Shown piece after piece: positions 25,284 through 38,774 of a DNA stretch of 64,000 nucleotides (the stretch's first letter is position 1; the number at the start of each line of letters is the position of its first letter). The notes below the pieces were generated by a model. It was not told where the DNA came from, ran no database searches, and saw only the letters and a program-made list of their open reading frames with translations. Origin of the DNA: Felis catus (Eukaryota); assembly GCF_018350175.1 (NCBI RefSeq), contig NC_058383.1, positions 26,476,001-26,540,000 of the forward strand, written 5' to 3'. The translations under genes were made by a program, and so were the position numbers.

Positions 25284-25869
25284 AGTTTTTTTATGTATTT
25301 TGAAGGGAGTGGGGGAGGACAGAGAGAGAATCCCACCCAGACTCCATGCTGGCAGCAAGGAGCCTGAGCCACCCAGGTGCCCTGGGCATACTTCCATCTT
25401 GTTCCCATGAGAGAATGAATTCTTACTGCTCCCACCCCTTCTCAATGTTCCTATGGTCACAGCTGAGCTCTTCCACCCTTTGCCCAAGAAACAGAGCCAC
25501 GAAAGCACCTCTGGAATGGAATCATGGGCTTTTACCAAAACAAGTGAGAATGTTCCACCACCATCCAGACTTGGTGGGAAATCTCCAGTTTGCCCAGGGC
25601 CAGGCATTCACCCTCACCATCAGCACCACCTCTCCAGGGATGAGGCCACCAGCGTCTATTCTACAGTGGCTACAACTGGCCTGAACTCTCGTAAAAGGAG
25701 CTGTCCACACAGAGTGAACCAGCTGGGGAACTGACGAGCCTTGGGGCATAAAGGTGGATCCTAGGCTGGGTGTAACTGGTTGACAATCCTCTCTGGGTGA
25801 CAAGAGAAGGACAGCCAACATAGCTTCCAAGCACTGGTCATTCTTGCTTATTTAAGTACTTAAGTGAAG

Positions 25870-26420
25870 ATCAGTTCCTCCCCACAGCACCCCTGTGTGT
25901 TCTCTCCCAGCCCACCAGCAGAATCAGCAGCACTTTGTTAGACATGCAAATTCTCAGGCCCCACCCACCGCAACTGAAACCCTGCAGGGTGGAGTCCTGC
26001 AATCTGTGTGTCTTAACAAACCCTGGGGGTGACCCTGAGATATACTAAAGCTTGCTCTAGTCTGGGGCAGTGCTTCTCCAACTGGGCATTGTACTAGAAT
26101 CTCCTGAAGTTTTGAAAACTCTGAACGGCCAGGCTCCACCCATACATTTTAAATCAGAATCTGCCAAGGAGACCGAGATATCAGTAGTTCTCCGGGATCC
26201 GCTGGGGTGACTTGAATGGGCAGGCAGGTTTGAGAACCAGTGGTCAACTCTAGGGCCTGGAGGCCCAAGAGCGTGGTCTCCGGACCTGCAGCTTCAGCAC
26301 CTGGGAGCTTATTAGAAATGCAGAGTCTCAGGCCCCAACCCAGAGCTGCTAAAGCTGTCTGCACTTTCACAAGATCCCGGGTGACTGGGAAGCACATAGA
26401 AATGTGACAAGCACTGACCT
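25870..26420. mobile_element. Three adjacent MER5-type hAT MITEs
   Basis: Repeated TTAGA(C/A)ATGCA...TCTCAGGCCCCA motifs and a CAGTGCTTCTC...TTGAGAACCAGTG unit, joined at CTCTAG sites. Confidence 0.7.
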
Positions 26421-27267
26421 GGAGAACAGAAAACACATCTGAAGTGTTTCTGACTTATAGATCAATGATTTACCCAATTGGGTCCAAAGGTTGTTGCTTT
26501 TGTTTTTCTGGTTCTCTGGTGACCCTCCCTCTCCCCCATCAGTGGATGCCCTGGTTGGGGGAGGGGAGAACAACCCGGAGAGAGGAATTAAATTCAATGA
26601 GCACCTCAAGGGGGCCCTGCAGAATGAGTAAGGAAGGAAGAAACGTTTTAATTAACATTTGGATGTGTTCTGGAGGTATACAGTTCACTAGATTATTAAG
26701 CACCACATTATGTAATAACTGCTCCCAGGAGGCCTCCCCATGAGCCAGCTGGTTCTTACTCTCCCACCCTCCAGTTTCTTATTTCATTCATTTCTCACCA
26801 TCGCACCAGATCACTACTGAATGATGTAGAAAGTGAAACCATGGCTGGCTCAGAACTGGAATAAATATTAACCCAGATTTATTATTTCTCTTTTTTTTAA
26901 GTTTATTTATTTTGAGAGAGAGGAAAAGAATCCTGAGCAGGCTCTGAACTGCCAGTGCAGAGCCCAATATGAAGCTTGAATCCACAAACCGTGAGATCAT
27001 GACTCGAGCCAAAACCAAGAATTGGACGCTCAACCGACTGAGTCACCCAGGCACCCCTATTATTTCTTTAAACAATGTGAAAAGAGAGTTTCAGATCAGA
27101 ATGGGCCAGCTTTGGGGTTCCTGGCTGGCTCATTCGGAAGTGTATGTGACTCTTGATCTTGGAGTCATGAATTCGAACCCCACAGTGGGTATAGAGATTA
27201 CTTAAAAAAACATTGCTTTTTTCAGGAGCAAACTTTAAAAACATTTTTTTAAAAAAGGTTGACTTTA

Positions 27268-27486
27268 GGGGCGCCTGGGTGGCGCAGTCGGTTAAGCGTC
27301 CGACTTCGGCTCAGGTCACGATCTTGCGGTCCGCGAGTTCGAGCCCCGCGTCGGGCTCTGGGCTGATGGCTCAGAGCCTGGAGCCTGCTTCCGATTCTGT
27401 GTTTCCCTCTCTCTCTGCCCCTCCCCCATTCATGCTGTGTCTCTCTCTGTCTCAAAAATAAATAAACGTTAAAAAAAAATTTTTTT
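27268..27486 (+). mobile_element. Young CAN-SINE
   Basis: TSD AAAAAGGTTGACTTT. Confidence 0.9.
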
Positions 27487-28984
27487 AAAAAGGTTGACTT
27501 TGTGACCAAGTGCAATAGAAAGTTTACTGTAATTTTTTTAACTGACAAGATTTTTGAAATTAACCCAATTTACATTTTTAGTCTTTTTCCTCGTCTTGAG
27601 AATTAGCCTTGGCTGTACACTCATCTCTGTGTGTATGTGTTTATGCACAGTCAGGACAAACACAGATTTTTAGGCTGCCTGTGCTTCCTGGGCAGCAGGG
27701 TGTGGCAAGAGGCTGGGAGTGAGGATGCTTGGACCCCCTTCTAGCAAGTCACTTTGCTGTGCAGGACCTGGCTTTATCACTTCCATAAAGGAGTGTGACA
27801 GTTGAGGTTACAAATTCAAATGGCTTCAGAAGCCTAGGTGGAAATCTAAACAGAGTTTAGGGCATCACCTCCTCAGCCCTTTTCTCCTTGTTGACCTGTG
27901 GGAACGTGAGTTCAGTATTGTCAATTTCAAGAGAAGCAAAAAAAAAAAAAAAAAAAAAAATCTGGATTGTTGTCTTCAATTTCCCAATTTTTGAATGTTG
28001 GAAGCTCATATAACTTGATTTTGTTTTGTTTTGTGTTTTGCAGAAATTGGAAACCACTCAAAACATTTCTGAGGCCATCGACCACCTGAGGCCAGCCAGG
28101 TAATGACCTGTAGACTAAATGATATCCCAGGACTCTTAGAATTCCATGTTACCCCTTTAATGAATCTGTTGTTTTTGGGTAGTCATATCCGTGTCTCTAG
28201 TTCATTCTGTCAATAAATATTTGAGCACCCATTATAAGCCCGAAACCATAGTTGGTTAAAAAAAAAGAAGAATGACATAGGGTTTCTACCTTTAGGTAAA
28301 GAAATGGGAGAGCTCAGTGAGATGCACCGTATAGAGTAAGGCTTCCTGAATAATTACGCTTGTTGAAAAGTCTAAGGAAAGGCAGACCCAGTTCTCCAGC
28401 AAGACACGCAATCTCTCTGAGGCTAGATATTTTCATTCTTTCTTTTATGTTTATTTATTTCTGAGACAGAGAGAGAGCATGAATGGGGGAGGGGCAGAGA
28501 GAGAGGGAGACACAGAATGAGATGCAGGCTCCAGGCTCTGAGCTGTCCGCACAGAGCCAGATGAGGGCCTCCAACCCGTGAACTGTGAGATCGTGACCTG
28601 AGCTGAAGTCGGACGCTTACCCGACTGAGCCACCCAGGCCTCCCCACAATTGCAATTTTTTTTTTTAAAAAAGCAGAAAACAGCACTGATGCGATGTAAA
28701 TGCATCAGAGAAGCTCTTTCAGGTCGTTTCCACCAATGATGACACAAAGCCTTTTGCTCCTTGTGAGCTGTGCTTGAATTCTCAGGCAGGTTTAATTAGA
28801 ATACCAAGAGCCAGAGTTGCATACTTGATGATTTTGAAGGGGGCTTATACGGATGTTTAAGGGTCTTTAACATAGATGATTCTTGGTTTTTTAAATTTGT
28901 CTAATTGCACTTCAACATGTAGAACTTTCCTTTTTTCCTGAGACAATTATTTCTAGCACTGATTTCACACTTACCCTTAAAGCA

Positions 28985-29925
28985 TCATCTTTAGGCTGAT
29001 GACTCTCAAAATTGCATTTCAGGCCACATTCTTACATATCCAGCTCCCAGCCTGGCATTTCTCCCTGGAGATCTCATACACATCTTGGATTTAACAGGCT
29101 CAAAACAGAACTTTTGACCCAAATTTGCCTCCTCCCAAGCCTTTCCTATACCAATAAATCACACACTGGTTGCTCAGGTCAAACGTTGGGAAATATCTTA
29201 ATTTTTTTATATCACCCCCCACATCCTATCCCTCATGGAGGCCTATGTGCCTTGGCTCCAATATCCCATAGCATTATATATATTTTAAAGTTTATTTATT
29301 TATTTTGTGAGAGAGAGAAAGAGGGAGAGAGAGAGCGCGCGTGCACGTGGGTGCAAACAGCGGAGGGGCAGAAGCAGAGAATCCCACGCAGCACGCAGGC
29401 TTTGTGCAGCAAGCACAGAGCCCCATGAGGGGCTCCATCCTTCAAACCATGAGATCAGGACCTGAGCCACAATCAAGAGTGGGATGCTTAACCGACTGAG
29501 CCATCCAGGCCCCCCAATATCCCACAGCATCGTAGGCAAAGTGTAATCACTTCTTACCATGTGCACACGATAGGTCAGTTCAAGTCACTATCACATCTAC
29601 TCCAACAGCCTGCGAACTATCTTCCTACTTCTCCCACTTCTATCCTTACACAGCAGCCAGAGTGATCTGAAAGCACAAACTCCCTTCCTCACAACCCTCC
29701 AAAGGCTTTCCGTCGCCGGTGAATAGAACCCAGACGTATTACAATGCCCCACAAAGCTCTGTGGGATCTTGTGTCTGCCTGTTTTCCCCCAGACTGGCCT
29801 TACTTTTATCTGTCAAATATGCCAGGCTTGTAGCAACTGAGGGCCCTAGCCAGAAAGTTCTTCTCATCGCCTCTCTCTTCTCATCACTGTCTCCTCCTCA
29901 GAAAGGCCTTCCTTGACCATCTCTG
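28985..29925 (+). mobile_element. L2 fragment interrupted by a SINE
   Basis: GCTGATGACTCTCAAAAT, CACAGCAGCCAGAGTGATCT and TCAGAAAGGCCTTCCTTGACCA are L2 motifs. Confidence 0.75.
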
Positions 29926-29929
29926 GCAG

Positions 29930-30425
29930 ACACTTCTCCACCCTTGTCCACAGAAATGGAACCGCTTATTTTTAGCTGTACCCGTAATGGCCCGGCTTCC
30001 CTTGATGATTTATGACCATATGACTAAGTTCTGGCCAATGCAATCCAAGCAGAAATACAATGTGGCAGTTTCCAGGAGCCATCCTTAAAAAAAATCATTG
30101 GCACATAGCCTTCCCCCGCCCCCCCCCCCTTTTATTCATTCTACTGGCTGGAATGTGACATGATGGCTAGAGCTGGAGCAGCTGATGAGCTAACCCTAGA
30201 AATGGAGGCTGTATGCAGATCAATAAAATAGAAGTCTGGATCCCTGAGGACTTGTTGGAGCAGCACTGCCTTCACAGAACTGGATAACTTGCTTCTGGAC
30301 TTCTCCTTGAGGGAGATACAAACTTTTATCTTGTTTAATCCATTGTTATCTCCTTGAGAGAGAAACAGACTTTTATCTTGTTGAATCCGTTGTTATTTTT
30401 GGATCCTGTTACCAACTTACTTCCA
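29930..30425 (+). mobile_element. MLT1-like (MaLR) LTR
   Basis: GACCATATGACTAAGTTCTGGCCAATG, GGCTGGAATGTGACATGATGGCTAGAGCTGGAGCAGC. Confidence 0.75.
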
Positions 30426-31035
30426 ATTGATGTTGGAGTCTCTGGCCAAGGCAGGCTTCTTTCATATTTATCCATATTCTTTTCTTTAAAGCACTTAGCA
30501 TCTGAAATTGCCCTATATATTTACTTATGCCTCTATTTATGTTTTTATTATCTATCTTCCCCCTTCTGTATTGTAAACTTCTTGAAACCTGCTATATCCC
30601 TTCCCCCTTGGAAGAGTGTCACATAGGTTCTTAGTAAATACTTGTGGGATAAAATCAGTGAATGAACACCTACTATGTGCCAGGGAGGAAAGATACAAAG
30701 ATGATTAACACATGTTTCCTGTGTCCCTTATCTGAGAAACTTCACCATCTAATAGGAAAATAACTCTCTAGTCAGTCATTCTCATTAGATTCATCTAAAA
30801 CAGTGGTTCTTGGGGCGCCTGCATGGCTCAGTTGGTTGAGTGTCTGACTTCGGCTCAGGTTATGATCTCACAGTTCATGAGTTTGTGCTCCGTGTCAGGC
30901 TCTGTGCTGACAGCTTAGAGCCTGGAGCCCGCTTCCAATTCTGTGTCTCCCTCACTTTGCCCCTCCCCTGCTTACGCTCTGTCTCTCTCTCTCTCAAAAA
31001 TAAATAAACATTAAAAAAGATTGATATAAGATGAA

Positions 31036-31297
31036 ACGGTGGTTCTCAGCCAGAGGCAATTTTGTCCCCCAAAGGACATTTGTGAATATCTGGAAATATT
31101 TTGATTACAAAATATTTTATTTATTTGTTTACTTATTTTTGTAATCAAAATATTTTGATTACAAGCTGGGGGCTGCTCTGGCATCTAGTAAGTGGGCGCA
31201 CAGGACACTGCTAACCACCCTGTGAGGCACACGACAGCCCTCGCCTAGATAATTAGCTGGCCTCAAATGCCAATAGTGCTGACGTTGATGGACCATG
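31036..31297. mobile_element. MER20-like hAT MITE
   Basis: GTGGTTCTCAGCCAGAGGCAATTTTGTCCCCC...GGCATCTAGT...CAAATGCCAATAGTGCTGA. Confidence 0.8.
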
Positions 31298-33946
31298 ACC
31301 TAGCAAAGGTCAATGCCAATTAGATTTTTCAGAAAACAAGTTGTTTGGGCTGCATGAGAGTAGAAGCCATGGGGTGTGGGAAACACATGCCATGTGGCCT
31401 CTTTGGTGTTATTAGTGACAGTGTGGAATTAAGCCCCAAGTAGAGGTTGGCTGAGTTGTCACATTCTGCAAATCTCTCCATGGAGAGGCCAACCCCAGCT
31501 GTCAACTTTTTTTTACTGGTCACAGGGCCCACATTGTGAGGACACTATAAACTCAGAGCAGGTAAAATTATGTCCAGAACTCTAGAGTTCCACGCCAGCG
31601 AAGCTCTTTGAACAGTATCATCATTAACATAAAGAACTCCGGCATGAATTTTCACTTCGCCTGATTTTCTCTGGAAGGCTGAGAGACCTCTGGAGATCTA
31701 GTGCTCTTTGTTGTAATACATCTCTTCTCTCTAATGGGTGAAACAAGTGTATCCACATTCATGGTCTTTCTACAAAATGTTATTTTCTGATGCAAGTAAA
31801 CAAATGATAGATGAGAGTAGACTAAAGGGCCGGAGATAATGGAAGTGATAGTTCTGGGCCACTTCATATCTTAACCATTTATATATTTTTTAAGCTTTCC
31901 AATTTGTTAGACATCGATGCATGCGGTGACCTGGCACAGTGGACTGAATCTCCCTGAGCCCCAGGTTCCTCGTCAGCAGACTCAGGGGTTGGATCAGACC
32001 ATGACTTAGTTGTCTTCCACTCTAAGTAACCACAACGATATCTATCACCTGTTACCGCCAGATAACTGATGGCTACCAATGCCTGTGTTTGAAGAAGTAA
32101 ATTTTAAAATAAAGGAAAGACTATGGTGATTACTAGCATCAATGTTTACCACCACCCTCACTGCCCCCCCTCACCCTGTTTTCAAAAATAAAACATCACT
32201 GAGGCACCTGGGTGGCTCAGTCAGATAAGCATCTGACTTTGGCTCAGGTCATGATCTCATGGTTCTTGGGTTCAAGCTCCACATCGGGCTCCACACTCTT
32301 TCCCTCTGTCTCTCTCTCTGCTCCTACCCCACTCACACTTTCTTTCTTTCAAAAATAAATAAACTTAAAAAAAAATCAGCAGAGTCCTTAGAACAGTATT
32401 TCCTAAAATAAATTTATCAGAACGTAGGTCCTGAAAACGGGAACTCTATGTCAAAAAAACTGGGAAGCATACTAGAAGAGTAACAGTGAATCACTTTAAT
32501 TTTTTTTTTTAATGTTTACTTACTTTTTGAGAGAGTGAGAGACAGAGCGTGAGCAGGGGAGGGGCAGAGAGAAAGGGAGACACAGAACCCGAAGCAGGCT
32601 CCAGGCTCTGAGCTGTCAGCACAGAGCCCGACACAGGGCTTGAACTCATGAACTGTGAGATCATGACCTGAGCCGAAGTCGGCCGCTTAACCTATGACTG
32701 AGCCACCCAGGCACGCCTCACTTTAATTTTTTTTTAAGTTTATTTATTTATTTTGAGAGAGAGAGAGAGAGCACAAGCAACAAGCAGGGGAGGGGTAGAG
32801 AGAAGAAGAGACAGAATCCCAAGCAGGCTCCTCACCATCATCTCAGAGTCGGATGTGGGCCTCAAACTCATGAACTGTGAGATCATGACCTGATCCGAGA
32901 TCAAGAGTCATAACCTTTGGAAGCCTAGGTGGCTCTGTCGGTTAAGCGTCTGACTCTTTGTTTCTGCTCAGGTCACGATCGCTTGGTTTGTGCATTGGAG
33001 TCCCACACTGTCAGTGTGGAGCCTGCTTAAGATTCTCTCTCCCCCCTCTCTCTCTGCCCCTCCCCCCTCACTCTTTCTGTCTCTTTCTCAAAAATAAATA
33101 AACTTAAAAAAATTATAAAAAGAGTCAGAAGCTTAACTGACTGAGCCACCCAGGCACCCCTTAATTTTTTATAAACTCAGTGTTTTCACTTATTAGACTG
33201 GAGAATTCACTTTTTCTTGAATATTTCTTAGCATCCTACAGCACTGGTGTTCCTTGAAACACTTTGGAGACCCTGCCTTTGTGTATGATGATCTTACCCT
33301 TTGCTCTGTACCCACTTCAGGAGAGAATGATGGTAACCACTAGGAAAAAAATGTCAAGGAAGACAGACAACATGTTTCCCAACATCCCTGGCCTTGAATA
33401 AAAACATGAGAATTCCCATATACTTCATATCAGGCAACAATAACATACTCAGACACACTATTAATGAAATCCATGTATTGACCTCATTTTATTGTTATAT
33501 AGCCTGCGATACAGAGAGAGAGAGAAATTTAAACTTGTGCCTCTCTGCTTTATTTACTCAGTCAACCCTATTCCCTAAATGATTCTATTACAGAGGTGAC
33601 AAATAATTTTCTCATGACAACTTTGATCAGTGGGAAGTAGCTGCCTAGAGCTCTGTATTGAAAATGATAATAAGACCTTCAGTGGGTTTGGAGGGAGCAT
33701 ATGCTGTGATTGATTCTTAATGTCTGTCTTGGATATAGTCTTGTGATTGATTATTGATGTCTGTTGTGGGTTTAGACTAGCAGAATGCATTGGTTTCTTG
33801 TGTGTGTTTCCCCACCCCAAATCAGAAATTTCTATTATTTTTAATTTTTAACTTATGTTATTTTTTTTTAATTAAAGATTTTATTTTAAGTAATCTCTAC
33901 ACCCAGTGTGGGTCTCCAACTCACAACCTTGAGATCAAGAGTCTCA

Positions 33947-34156
33947 GGGGCGCCTGGGTGGCGCAGTCGGTTAAGCGTCCGACTTCAGCCAGGTCACGAT
34001 CTCACGGTCCGTGAGTTCGAGCCCCGCGTCGGGCTCTGGGCTGATGGCTCAGAGCCTGGAGCCTGTTTCCGATTCTGTGTCTCCCTCTCTCTCTGCCCCT
34101 CCCCCGTTCATGCTCTGTCTCTCTCTGTCCCCAAAATAAATAAACGTTGAAAAAAA
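33947..34156 (+). mobile_element. Young SINEC_Fc-type SINE inserted in an antisense older SINE
   Basis: TSD AAGAGTCTCA; the host SINE resumes at ~34167. Confidence 0.9.
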
Positions 34157-34538
34157 AGAGTCTCATGCCCTGCCAACTGAGCCAGCTAGATACCCCCAAA
34201 GTCAAAACTTTTACAAACTGCTCATATTGGTTTGATTGGGAAATTAAGACTTGATGCACTTACATGACAAAATGAGTGGTATAATTCCATAGGGTCAGAA
34301 AACTGAGAAGTTCCTTAAGTTCTTAGGTAAAAATAAATTATATGTAAGAGTTAATATGGGCCTTGAAGGGTAGAAAGGTTAGGTCTTATGAGGATACCTT
34401 GGGAGATAATTCTTAGCAGAAACTATAATGAACTAACCAATGACCATGGGATAGCTTGTATCTCTAGAGCTGCCCAGATACCGTGTCATCCCTTAGACAG
34501 TGCTCAATAAAGGATACATTCTTATCCTTTATCTAGCA

Positions 34539-34850
34539 CAGCAGTGTCCAACAGAAACATGATTTGATCTACATATATAATTTTCAGCTTTCTAGTAGCC
34601 ACCTTTAAAAAAGGAAAGATAAATGAAATTAATTTTAATAGTATATTTGATTTAACCCAATATAGGTAAAATAGTATCACTTCATATAATCAATATAAAA
34701 ATTATTAAAAAGATATTTTACACTCTAGTTTTGGCAATAAGTCTTTGAAAGCTGGTAAATATTTTACTTACAGTATATCTCAGTGGGAACCAGCCACATT
34801 TCAAGTGCTCGATAGCCACAAGTGGCCAGTGGCTACCATATTGGAAACTA
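34539..34850. mobile_element. MER33-like hAT MITE
   Basis: GTGTCCAACAGAAA...TTCTAGTAGCCAC...AGCCACATTTCAAGTGCTCGATAGCCAC...GGCTACCATATTGGA. Confidence 0.85.
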
Positions 34851-35591
34851 TCAATCTAAACTACCACCACCACCACCCCTTTTTTTAAGTAAGCTCTAGG
34901 CCCAACATGGGCCTTGAACTCACAACTCAGAGATCAAGAGTCACATGCTCTGTAAATTGAGCCAGGCAGGTACCTCTAAGCTACCACTCTTATTTACATG
35001 TTCTTTCTTCCAAAGAGTTTGAATATAGGTAATTAGGTTTCAAAAGTTTTCCCAAACTCTGTTCTGATGGATACAACTGGTGCCAGCAATATTTTTTAAT
35101 CTAAAAATTATTTCTGAAAATAATTTTCTTCTATTTCAGGCTTTTTGCCTGAAAATAATTTTCTTTCTACGTAAGAAAAATCTGTAGAGGCACCTGGCTG
35201 GTTAAGTCAGAAGAACATGCAACTCTTGATCTTGGGGTCATGAGTTTGAGACCCACGTTGGGTGTAGAGGTTACTTAAAAATAAATAAATACATACCTAC
35301 ATAGGAGAAATGGGCAGGAGGATGCGTTAAATGGGTGATGGGGATTGAGGATGGCACATGTTTTGTTTGTTTTAAAAAAATTTTTTTCTTAACATTTTAT
35401 TTGTTTTTGAGACAGGGAGAGACAGCATGAACAGGGGAGGGTCAGAGAGAGGGAGACACAGAATCTGAAACAGGTTCCAGGCTCTGAGCTGTCAGCACAG
35501 AGCCTGATGCGGGGCTTGAACCCAAGGACTGTGAGATCATGACCTGAGTCGAAGTCGGATGCTCAACCGACTGAGCCATCCAGGTGCCCCA

Positions 35592-36490
35592 GTATATACA
35601 GCACATCTTTATCCATTCATCTATTGACAGCCACGTGGGTTGATTCCATAACATGGCTATTATAAATAATGCTGCAGGGGCACCTGGATGGCTCAGTCAG
35701 TTCAGCGTCACAACTTCGGCTCAGGTAATGATCTTGTGCCTCGTGAGTTCGAGTACCACATCAGGCTCTCTGCTGTCAGGGTGGAGCCTGCTTGTGGTCC
35801 TCTGTCTGTCTCTCTCTGCACCTCCCTCGCTTGCACTCTCTCTCTCACTCTCAAAAATAAGTAAACATTTTTTAAAAAGATTTAATAATGCTGCAATAAA
35901 CACAGGAGGGGGGCATATATCTTTTTGAATTAGTGTTTTCGTATTCCTTGGGTAAATGCTCAGTAGTGAAATTACTGGATCATATGGCAATTCTATTTTT
36001 AACTTTTTGAGGAACCTCCATACTGTTTTCCACAGTGACTGCACCAGTTTGCATTCCCACCAGTAGTGTGTGAGGGTTATTTTTTCTCCACATCCTCTCT
36101 TTTATTTTATTTTCATTTTTTAATTAAAAAAAATGTGTGTGTGTGAGAGAGAGAGAGGGCCATTTAAGTGCCGTCAGGGACAAATAGCCTACAATTTCAC
36201 TCATGTGGAATTTAAGAAACAAAACAAACAGATAAAATAAGAGACAAACCAACCCCCCCCCAAAAAAAAACCCAAAAAACAGACTCTTAACTGTAGAGAG
36301 CAAACTAATGGTTACCAGAGGGGAGGTGAGTAGGGGGATGGGTGAAACGGGTGAAGGAGGTTAAGAGTAACACTTGCCATGAGGAGCACTGAGTCACGTA
36401 TCAAGTTATTGAATCACTATATTGTACCCCTGAAACTAATATAACGCTGCGTGTTAACTGTAGTAGAATTAAAGTAAGGTAAAATAAAAG
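35592..36490. mobile_element. Carnivore L1 3' end with an antisense segment (35592-36100) and a sense 3' segment (36172-36490)
   Basis: Minus-strand peptide [22 protein letters not shown]; plus-strand 3'UTR ending CCTGAAACTAATATAACGCTG...AAATAAAA. Confidence 0.8.
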
Positions 36491-36639
36491 TTTCTATTAT
36501 GCAAGATGAAAAAAAATCATAATCAAGAAAATCAAAAATAAAAGAGATTGTTATTTTCGTTCCCTGTTGACATTAGGAAGGCAGAGCTATTAAATAGACA
36601 GTAGTGCTAGTTCCCACGACTTGTTCTTTCTCTCTCTCT

Positions 36640-38170
36640 TTCATTTTTTAAATTGTGCTAAAACATACATACCATAAAATTTATCATTTATATGTGTAGT
36701 CATGGCATCAAGTTCATTTGTGTCGTTGTGCTACCATCACCACCATGGAACCTTTTCATCCTCCCGTGACATAATCCACCCATTAAATAATAACTCCCCA
36801 ACTCTCCTTCCTACCCTACCCACCCCTGACGTCCACCATTCTACTTTTGGTCTCTATGAATTTAACTACTCTAGGTACCTCATATGAGTGGGGTCACACA
36901 GTATTCATCCTTTTGTGTATGGCTTCTTTCACTTGGCATAATGTCTTCAAGTTTCATCTATATTATGGCTCATGTCAGAATTTCCTTCCTTGTTGTTATT
37001 TTTTCTTTCTTTCCTTCCTTTTTGAGTCTGAATAATATTCCACTGCATGTATATACATATATACATACATATGTTATATATGTATGTAGAAACATATATA
37101 AACTAAATGGTAGTTTATCCATTCACCCATCAATGGACACTTGGGTGTCCATTTGGACCTTTTGCTATTGTGAATAATGCTGCTCTGAACACAGGTGTGC
37201 ACATGATCTGTTTGACTCCCCACTTTCAACTCTTTCCGGTATATGCCCAGAAGTAGAATTGCCAAATCATATGATACTTCTGCTTTTTCATTGGTCAAGT
37301 CACTCCCACGCTGTTTTCCATGGCGGCTGCTGTACTGTACCGTACTGCACACCCGCCCACAACGCACAAGGGTTCTGATTTCTCCATATCCTCACCAACA
37401 CTTGTTATTCTCTGCTTGTTTGTTATTTACTTATCATCACCATCCTACTGGGCAGAAAGTGGTATCTTACTGTGTTTGTTTGTTTGTTTGTTTGTTTGTT
37501 TGTTTGTTTGTTTGTTTCAAGTAGGCTCCGCACCCAATGTGGGGCTTAAACTCATGACCTTGAGGTCAAGAGTCACATGCTCTACCAGCTGAGCCAGCCA
37601 GGAGCCCCTGGGGGTTCGTTTTGAACTTATGTAATGATTAGAGATGATGACCATCTTTGCACGTGCATTTCTTCTTTGGAGAAATGTCTATTCAAGTCCT
37701 TTGCTCGTTTTTTAAATTGAGTTGCTTGTTCTTTTGTCATGGTTGAAATGTAGGAGTTCTTCATGTATTCTGGATATTGACCCATTTTTAGATATATATG
37801 ATTTGCAAATATTTTCTCCCATTCTATGGGTTTCACTTTCACTCTGTCGATAGTCTCTTTTGTTTAATCAAAATAATTGTTTTTAACATTTATGAGAGAC
37901 AGAAATCAGGAGCAGGGGAGGGGCAGAGAGAGAGGGAGACACAGAATCTGAAGCAGGCTCTAGGCTCGAGCTGTCAGCACAGAGCCCGGTGCGTGGCTCG
38001 AAGTCAAGAGCTGGGAGATCATGACCTGAGCCGAAGGTGGAGGCTTAACCGACTGAGCCACCCAGGCGCCCCTGTCGACAATGTCTTTTGATGCACAGAA
38101 GTTCTTAATTTTGTAGTAGGTAGTCCAACTTAATCTACTTTTCCTTTCATTGCCTCTACTTTTGGTATTA
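36640..38170 (-). mobile_element. Old L1 3' fragment, antisense, with SINE insertions
   Basis: Minus-strand peptide KPIEWEKIFANHIY...KKRAKDLNRHFSKE (L1 ORF2). Confidence 0.85.
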
Positions 38171-38774
38171 GATTAAATTGGGAACTTTTGATAAAGAGAT
38201 CAGGGTCTTCCTAGTCAATGAACTCTGCCACATATTTGAAAAGTTAAACCAACAGAGGGATCCTTCATGTTTTAATCTACTGACCCCTTTCATAAAGTCT
38301 AAGTGTTTTTTTCTGGAAAAGACTGTGAAATCTTTCTTTCTTTTCATATTTTAATGTTTGTTTATTTTTGAGAGAGAGACAGAGAGAGAGAGACAGAGCA
38401 TGAGCAGGGGAGGGGTAGAGAGGGAGACACCGAATCCGAAGCAGGCTCCAGGCTCTGAGCTGTCAGCACAGAGCCTGCTGGAGGGCTCAAACTCACGAAA
38501 TGTGAGATCATGACCTGAGCCGAAGTCGGACTCTTAACTGACTGAGTTACCCAGGCGCCCCTCTTTCTCTTTTTCAAGTAGATTTCATGCCCAGCATGGA
38601 GCCCAATGTGAGGCTTGAACTCGAACCCTGAGATCAAGACCTGAGCTGAGATCGAGAGTCTGATGCTTAACTGACTGAGCCACCCAGGCGCCCTTATAAA
38701 ATCTTTCTAACGCATGTTCTCAATACTGTTTCCAAATAGCTTTCTGAAAGTTTGCTTATTTATGAGGACAACCT

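Noticed and set aside
24918..25607. ORFs of 114-229 aa with poly-E, poly-R, poly-P or poly-L
   Set aside because: They are translations of the (CCT/CTT)n tract and a SINE, open in several frames on both strands.
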